Assembly: GCA_965209155.1 (NCBI GenBank)
Contig: OZ242383.1
Location: 3,328,001 to 3,392,000, forward strand
Length of the DNA stretch: 64,000 bases
Source: a bacterium
GTDB lineage: Bacteria; SAR324; NAC60-12
Reading direction: 5' to 3'
This document shows, in pieces, positions 60,326 to 64,000 of this stretch (positions are counted from its first letter, which is position 1; every line of letters starts with the position of its first letter). The translations under genes were made by a program, and so were the position numbers. Under the pieces are notes generated by a model, which had not been told where the DNA came from, did no database searches, and saw only the letters and a program-made list of their open reading frames with translations.

Positions 60326-62845
60326 GTGGGTGATCTACCTAAATTTGCGCGAGTAGTGGTGATTGGTGGAGGAATAGTCGGCAATAGCGTGGTCTACCAT
60401 TTAGCTCAACTTGGTTGGAAAGAAATCGTGATGGTCGAAAAAGGTCCGTTTCCCAACCCGGGTGGCTCCACAGGTCACGCCTCTAATTTTATCTTCCCGG
60501 TGGATCATTCCAGAGAGAAAACCATGATCGCTCTGGACAGTATGGTACAATACAGATCCTTGGGTTTTTTTCGAGAAAGCGGCGGCATCGAGCTGGCACG
60601 CACGGAAGCTCGTATGCAGGAGCTGCGGCGTAGAATGGCATCCGCCAAGAGTTGGGGCATTGAATCATTTCTGGTCTCACCAGTTGAAATCAAGGAGCTT
60701 TTTCCCTGGGTCGATATTCAGGTGCTCCAGGGTGGATTCTACACTCCCACCGTCGGGGTGGTGGATCCCCTGAAAGCCGGGATCCGGATGAGGGAGGCGG
60801 CTCAAGACATGGAAGCACTGACGGTAATTTCCAATACGGAAATCCTTGACATTTCTGTTAAAAATGGTCGTGTCTGTGGGATATCCACTAATCGCGGAGA
60901 GTTGACAACAGAGACAATCGTGATTTGTTGTGGTGTCTGGAGCCCCCGAATTGCCGCTATGGCCGGGGCTTCGATTCCCCTGACACCGGTAGTGCACCAG
61001 ATGATCGACGTTGGACCGATTGCTGAATTTGAACAATGCCGGGAAGAAATCGAATATCCGATTTTGCGCGATATGGACGCGATGATGTATGAGCGTCAAA
61101 TTGACAGGAATTTAGAAATTGGCTCCTATGCGCACCGCCCCATCATCGTTCATCCGGATAGCATCCCCACTATCGAGGAGGCGAAACTTTCTCCCACGGA
61201 GATGCCCTTTACCAAGAATGATTTCGATCCACAGTTGAAGGATGCCTTGACCTTATTGCCTGCAATGTTGAATAAAAAGGAAGTAGAAATCCAATATGCC
61301 ATCAACGGTCTCCTCTCTCTCACCCCAGATGGCGAACCGGTCATAGGCGAAACGGTAGAAGTAAAGGGGCTTTGGTCTGCTGCGGCGATTTGGATCAAGG
61401 AGGCGCCGGGATTAGGCCGGTTGACGGCAGAATGGATGACCCATGGGAGCCCGGAAATGGATCTTCATGGTTTGGACATTGCGAGATTTTACGAGTATGC
61501 TCGCACCGAAAATTTTGTGATTTCCCGGGCAAATGAATCCTTCAACAAAATTTATGGCATCGTGCATCCCCATGAACAATGGGAGCACTCACGAGGCATA
61601 AGGGTCAGTCCATTCCATGCTCGTGAACAGTCGTTGGGAGCGAATTTTCATGAAAGCGCGGGCTGGGAGCGCCCGCATTGGTACCAATCCAACAAAAGAC
61701 TTCTGGAAGAATATGAAAATCGTATGTCGGACCGAACCCATGAATGGGATACGCGCTGGTGGTCGCCCATTATCAATGCCGAGCACCTGGCTATGCGAGA
61801 TCGAGCGGCCATGTTCGATTTATCGGCATTTGCAATTTTTGACATCACGGGTCCGGGAGCCTTGGAATATATTCAGAAGATGGCAGTTAATCAAATGGAT
61901 GTCAGTCCCGGTTCCCTGGTATATACGCCCCTGTTGAACGAGAAGGCGAACCTGAAAACGGATTTGACGGTAATGCGCTTGGAAGATCAATTGTTTCGGG
62001 TGGTGACCGGAGGCGTGGATGGCAGTCGCGATAAAAAATGGTTCCGCGATCACATGCCTGCAGATCACTCGGTCTCTTTGACAGACAAGACCTCCGCCAT
62101 TTGTACTATCGGATTATGGGGCCCCCGAGCCCGAGACATCCTGCAAAGCGTGACCACCGCGGACATGTCTCATGAAGGCTTTCCATTTGGCACCGTCAGG
62201 GAAATTGTCTTGGACCGCACCCCGGTTCATGCCCTGCGACTTTCCTACGTGGGAGATCTGGGATGGGAAATCCATATCCCCACGGAAAATGGACCATTCG
62301 TATGGGACTTGCTCTGGCAAGCCGGTCAACCCCACCGGGTCATTCCCTCTGGAATTGGAGTCTATGGTACAACCGGACGACTGGAAAAGGGATATCGACT
62401 CTATGGAGCCGAGTTGGATGCGGATCATAATCCCAAAGAGGCGGGATTGGCACGTCCTCGCGTAAAGCTTCAGGATTTTATAGGGAAAGAAGCTTATTTA
62501 CGCATTCGCGAAAAAGAACCGGATGCGATCCTCTGCGCACTGACCGTGGAGGATCACCAGTCGGCTTCCGGTGAATGGCGTTACATGCAGGGAGGTGAGC
62601 CCATTGTCACTTTATCGGATGGAAAGCGTATCGTCGATCGCCAAGGACGAAGTTCATACGTCACCAGCGCAGGAGAGGGACCTTCTGTGGGGAAATATAT
62701 CTTAATGGCCTATCTCCCCCCTGAATATATCAGCAATGACAAACCCCTGGCTGTCGAGTACTTTAGCGAGTACTATCCCGTGAAAGTCGCCGTTGCCGGA
62801 GGAGGATCGCTCTTTGACGCAGAAAATGAACGTATGCTGCGATAA
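60326..62845 (+). CDS. FAD-dependent oxidoreductase with GcvT folate-binding domain (dimethylglycine/sarcosine dehydrogenase-like)
   Basis: VVIGGGIVG, GSTGHA, GWERP, FDLS, GLWGPRARD, RLSYVGDLGWE, RLEKGYR. Confidence 0.9.
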   Translation: MGDLPKFARVVVIGGGIVGNSVVYHLAQLGWKEIVMVEKGPFPNPGGSTGHASNFIFPVDHSREKTMIALDSMVQYRSLGFFRESGGIELARTEARMQELRRRMASAKSWGIESFLVSPVEIKELFPWVDIQVLQGGFYTPTVGVVDPLKAGIRMREAAQDMEALTVISNTEILDISVKNGRVCGISTNRGELTTETIVICCGVWSPRIAAMAGASIPLTPVVHQMIDVGPIAEFEQCREEIEYPILRDMDAMMYERQIDRNLEIGSYAHRPIIVHPDSIPTIEEAKLSPTEMPFTKNDFDPQLKDALTLLPAMLNKKEVEIQYAINGLLSLTPDGEPVIGETVEVKGLWSAAAIWIKEAPGLGRLTAEWMTHGSPEMDLHGLDIARFYEYARTENFVISRANESFNKIYGIVHPHEQWEHSRGIRVSPFHAREQSLGANFHESAGWERPHWYQSNKRLLEEYENRMSDRTHEWDTRWWSPIINAEHLAMRDRAAMFDLSAFAIFDITGPGALEYIQKMAVNQMDVSPGSLVYTPLLNEKANLKTDLTVMRLEDQLFRVVTGGVDGSRDKKWFRDHMPADHSVSLTDKTSAICTIGLWGPRARDILQSVTTADMSHEGFPFGTVREIVLDRTPVHALRLSYVGDLGWEIHIPTENGPFVWDLLWQAGQPHRVIPSGIGVYGTTGRLEKGYRLYGAELDADHNPKEAGLARPRVKLQDFIGKEAYLRIREKEPDAILCALTVEDHQSASGEWRYMQGGEPIVTLSDGKRIVDRQGRSSYVTSAGEGPSVGKYILMAYLPPEYISNDKPLAVEYFSEYYPVKVAVAGGGSLFDAENERMLR

Positions 62846-62939
62846 AGGGTTGGGTTCACGAGATCGCTCCCAAGGCTCTTTGGGGAATATTGGACGAATA
62901 AAAACCCTGTAACAACAAATCTCTTTGTAAGGAAGCTCT

Positions 62940-63980
62940 ATGTCGAATGTTGGTTTTGTATTTACTGCCAGGGAGCGCGCAGAACTACAATCCTATGAAG
63001 ATCCACCCTTGCCAAGGCACCAAGTGCGAGGGCGTACCCTGACAACCCTCGTTAGTCTCGGGACGGAGACCGCTGTTTTCAAAGGAGAGCTTTCCAATAT
63101 TGAATATCCAATCCATCCGGGTTACGCATCCGTGTTCGAGGTGGAAGCATGTGGTTCGGAGGTCCAGGGAATCGAACCGGGGGACCGGCTTTTCTGCATG
63201 GGTCGTCACAGTAGCACCCAACAGCTCAATGCCCGGGCGACCCTGCCTGTTCCTCACGGCATGAGTGCGGAAACCGCGGTAATTGCCCGACTGATGGGGG
63301 TATCCATGACGACTTTGATGACGACTGCTGCCCGTCCCGGTGAACAGGTGGTCGTCTGTGGCACGGGTCCTGTCGGATATTTAGCAGCCCATATGTTTCG
63401 AATATCCGGTTATGAAGTGGTGGTGGTGGAACCCGATGCTCGACGCCGGCAAATGGCCGCTGCCAGGGGACTCACCCCGGCTTATGAAACGATGCCGTTG
63501 AATGACCCCAACATCGCGGGCAAGGTGGCTCTCGTACTCGACTGCTCCGGGCATGAACAAGCCGTGCTCGATGGTTGCAAAGTCGTTCGTATGCGTGGGG
63601 AAGTGGTCCTGGTGGCTACCCCTTGGCGGCGTCTCTCCGATATATATGCCCAAGAGTTGTTGCATGCCGTATTTCACCGCATCGTTATATTGCGGAGCGG
63701 GTGGGAACACGAAATACCGTTGTATTCCCACGAATATCCCGCGAACACACCGGCTCTGGAATTAGTGGAAGATCCGCATGCCCTTTACAACAACGCCCGC
63801 TTTGATATTTTTTCCGGTTTTATTACCGCATTGAAATGGCTGGAGCAAGGTAAGATTCCACTGGAGGGGGTCGTTCGCACCTTGACCCCCGAAACCCCAA
63901 ACGAATTGTATCACGCCATCTTGCAGCGGGAGTTCGAGGAGCTGCTGCTGGTCTTGGATTGGACTAAAATGGAAAACTAG
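62940..63980 (+). CDS. MDR-family (zinc-binding type) dehydrogenase
   Basis: SLGTE, YPIHPGY, VVCGTGPVG Rossmann motif, LDCSG. Confidence 0.8.
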   Translation: MSNVGFVFTARERAELQSYEDPPLPRHQVRGRTLTTLVSLGTETAVFKGELSNIEYPIHPGYASVFEVEACGSEVQGIEPGDRLFCMGRHSSTQQLNARATLPVPHGMSAETAVIARLMGVSMTTLMTTAARPGEQVVVCGTGPVGYLAAHMFRISGYEVVVVEPDARRRQMAAARGLTPAYETMPLNDPNIAGKVALVLDCSGHEQAVLDGCKVVRMRGEVVLVATPWRRLSDIYAQELLHAVFHRIVILRSGWEHEIPLYSHEYPANTPALELVEDPHALYNNARFDIFSGFITALKWLEQGKIPLEGVVRTLTPETPNELYHAILQREFEELLLVLDWTKMEN

Positions 63981-64000
63981 GGCTTGCTGAAATACATTGA

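Noticed and set aside
312..63805. Numerous short antisense and alternate-frame ORFs in the track
   Set aside because: They are shadows of well-supported genes and have no motifs of their own.

Overview
The window has two parts. The first (1-32 kb) is an accessory mosaic with four paralogous family-5 (Dpp/Opp-like) solute-binding protein genes, three permease pairs and no ATPase gene. It also holds a nested pair of group II introns, IS256, IS66, IS200 and IS91/RAYT remnants, TA pairs, a stand-alone TIR gene, an ECF sigma factor and several solitary attC-like sites with no integrase. The second (32-64 kb) is mostly housekeeping: hppA, argD, rtcB-lptF-obgE, a grx/selenocysteine peroxiredoxin/grx cluster, ilvBN, gltBD, rpoZ-like, rnhA, acyl-CoA ligase, SulP, a GcvT-family oxidoreductase and an MDR dehydrogenase. 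The most striking item is a 567-bp element present twice (34992-35558, 44425-44991). It has IS200/IS605-type hairpin ends, no target duplication and no transposase. Its only cargo is a four-helix-bundle (23S-IVP-like) gene bracketed by periodic CGT/ACG inverted-repeat arms. All calls come from reading the sequence and the ORF track; no database searches were run.
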